A stretch of 64,000 bases of DNA, from the NCBI GenBank assembly GCA_951406725.2, contig OX597815.1:187550001-187614000 (forward strand), in the 5' to 3' direction. Under the pieces are notes generated by a model. It did not search any database and had not been told where the DNA came from. It was given only the letters and a program-made list of their open reading frames with translations. Origin of the DNA: Octopus vulgaris (taxonomy: Eukaryota). Position numbers and translations under genes: made by a program. This document shows positions 62,977-64,000 of the stretch, in pieces. How positions within the stretch are numbered: position 1 is the first letter of the stretch; each line of letters opens with the position of its first letter.

Positions 62977-64000
62977 ATATATGCTTGTTCGTTATATGTA
63001 TTATTTTCCTTAGTAACAAAGTGTAGTACCCATGATATCTAAGAGAACAACAAGATTATGTATTTCTGTATACGCACACAAACACACGCACATATATTTA
63101 TTTGCACTTCACAGTGGAGGTACACAAGCATACGTTTGATGAAATAGATCTACATTGAGAAATAATGATAATATATTTCCATTTGCTTTATGAATCTCTC
63201 CCTCTCTCTCTCGCTTTGTGAAAGAGTATTGTAACTTAGCTAGCTATAAGATACTGTAATTTCTGAAACCAAACAAAGAAATATGCCTGCTCTTTCAGAA
63301 GAGAACAGGTAAAATCAATAATGTGTATGAAGCCAAATCATTTGAAATGGAGAATTTATTGGCTTGACCCAGAACTTATCTTTTATCTTGATCACTATTA
63401 TCATACATTTCAGATAATCAGATTGTATTTAATTTTAAGAGACGATTCTTTGATAATGAATACTAGGTACTTGGGAAGCATTATACTCTATCTGTTTTTA
63501 TCTTTGAGGCTATGGAAACTAGAAACAAAAGCAGTAATGCTTCATGATCAGATACTGTCAGCAAGGTACTGTTTAATGAGTTTTAAAAATATAAATATTC
63601 AACTAAATCAATAACTTATAATGAAAAGATATTCTCGTTAGTAAAACAAAAATTAATATCTAAGTCAAACTGAAACATAAAGAACAATTGACAGACACAA
63701 ATACCTTGAGACATTTCTGAACTTTAAATAAATACAACAACCTTGGAAAATTCTGTTTAAAAGCCAATATACAATCATTCATAGAAAAATGAATGATTTC
63801 ATTCTTGAGTTCATCATTTCGACTTCATTATCTTGATCATATGTATAAATGTGTATGTATACAAATATATATTACATTATATATATATATTATATTATAT
63901 AATATTACATATTAAATATTATATAACATTACATATTATATATTATATAATATTATATATTAAATATATTATATAATATTAAATATATATTATATAATAT

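Overview
AT-rich, microsatellite-dense metazoan genomic DNA, most likely an octopod cephalopod (inferred from the SINE repertoire and the abundance of (TA)n/(CA)n; not verifiable here). I recognise no intact host protein-coding gene, and almost all ORFs in the track are microsatellite or repeat artefacts. The window contains three abundant SINE families (A, B, C), a fourth tRNA-headed family (D), a full-length but disabled DD34D mariner, a deleted second mariner, maT/DD37D and RTE fragments, a deleted piggyBac, TTAA and hAT MITEs, and non-autonomous Helitrons, often nested. The most notable signal is about 9 hammerhead-ribozyme cores plus 3 partial ones (CUGANGA...GAAAC-palindrome-GUH). Most sit in Penelope-like termini, often arranged as 150-550 bp inverted repeats anchored in (TA)n. 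Two sit in family D, a SINE joining a tRNA/Pol III head to a minimal hammerhead. A CpG-retaining, TE-depleted domain of about 8 kb (41.8-49.7 kb) looks like a divergent promoter, with candidate minus-strand spliced exons. Coordinates of old, degenerate repeats are approximate.
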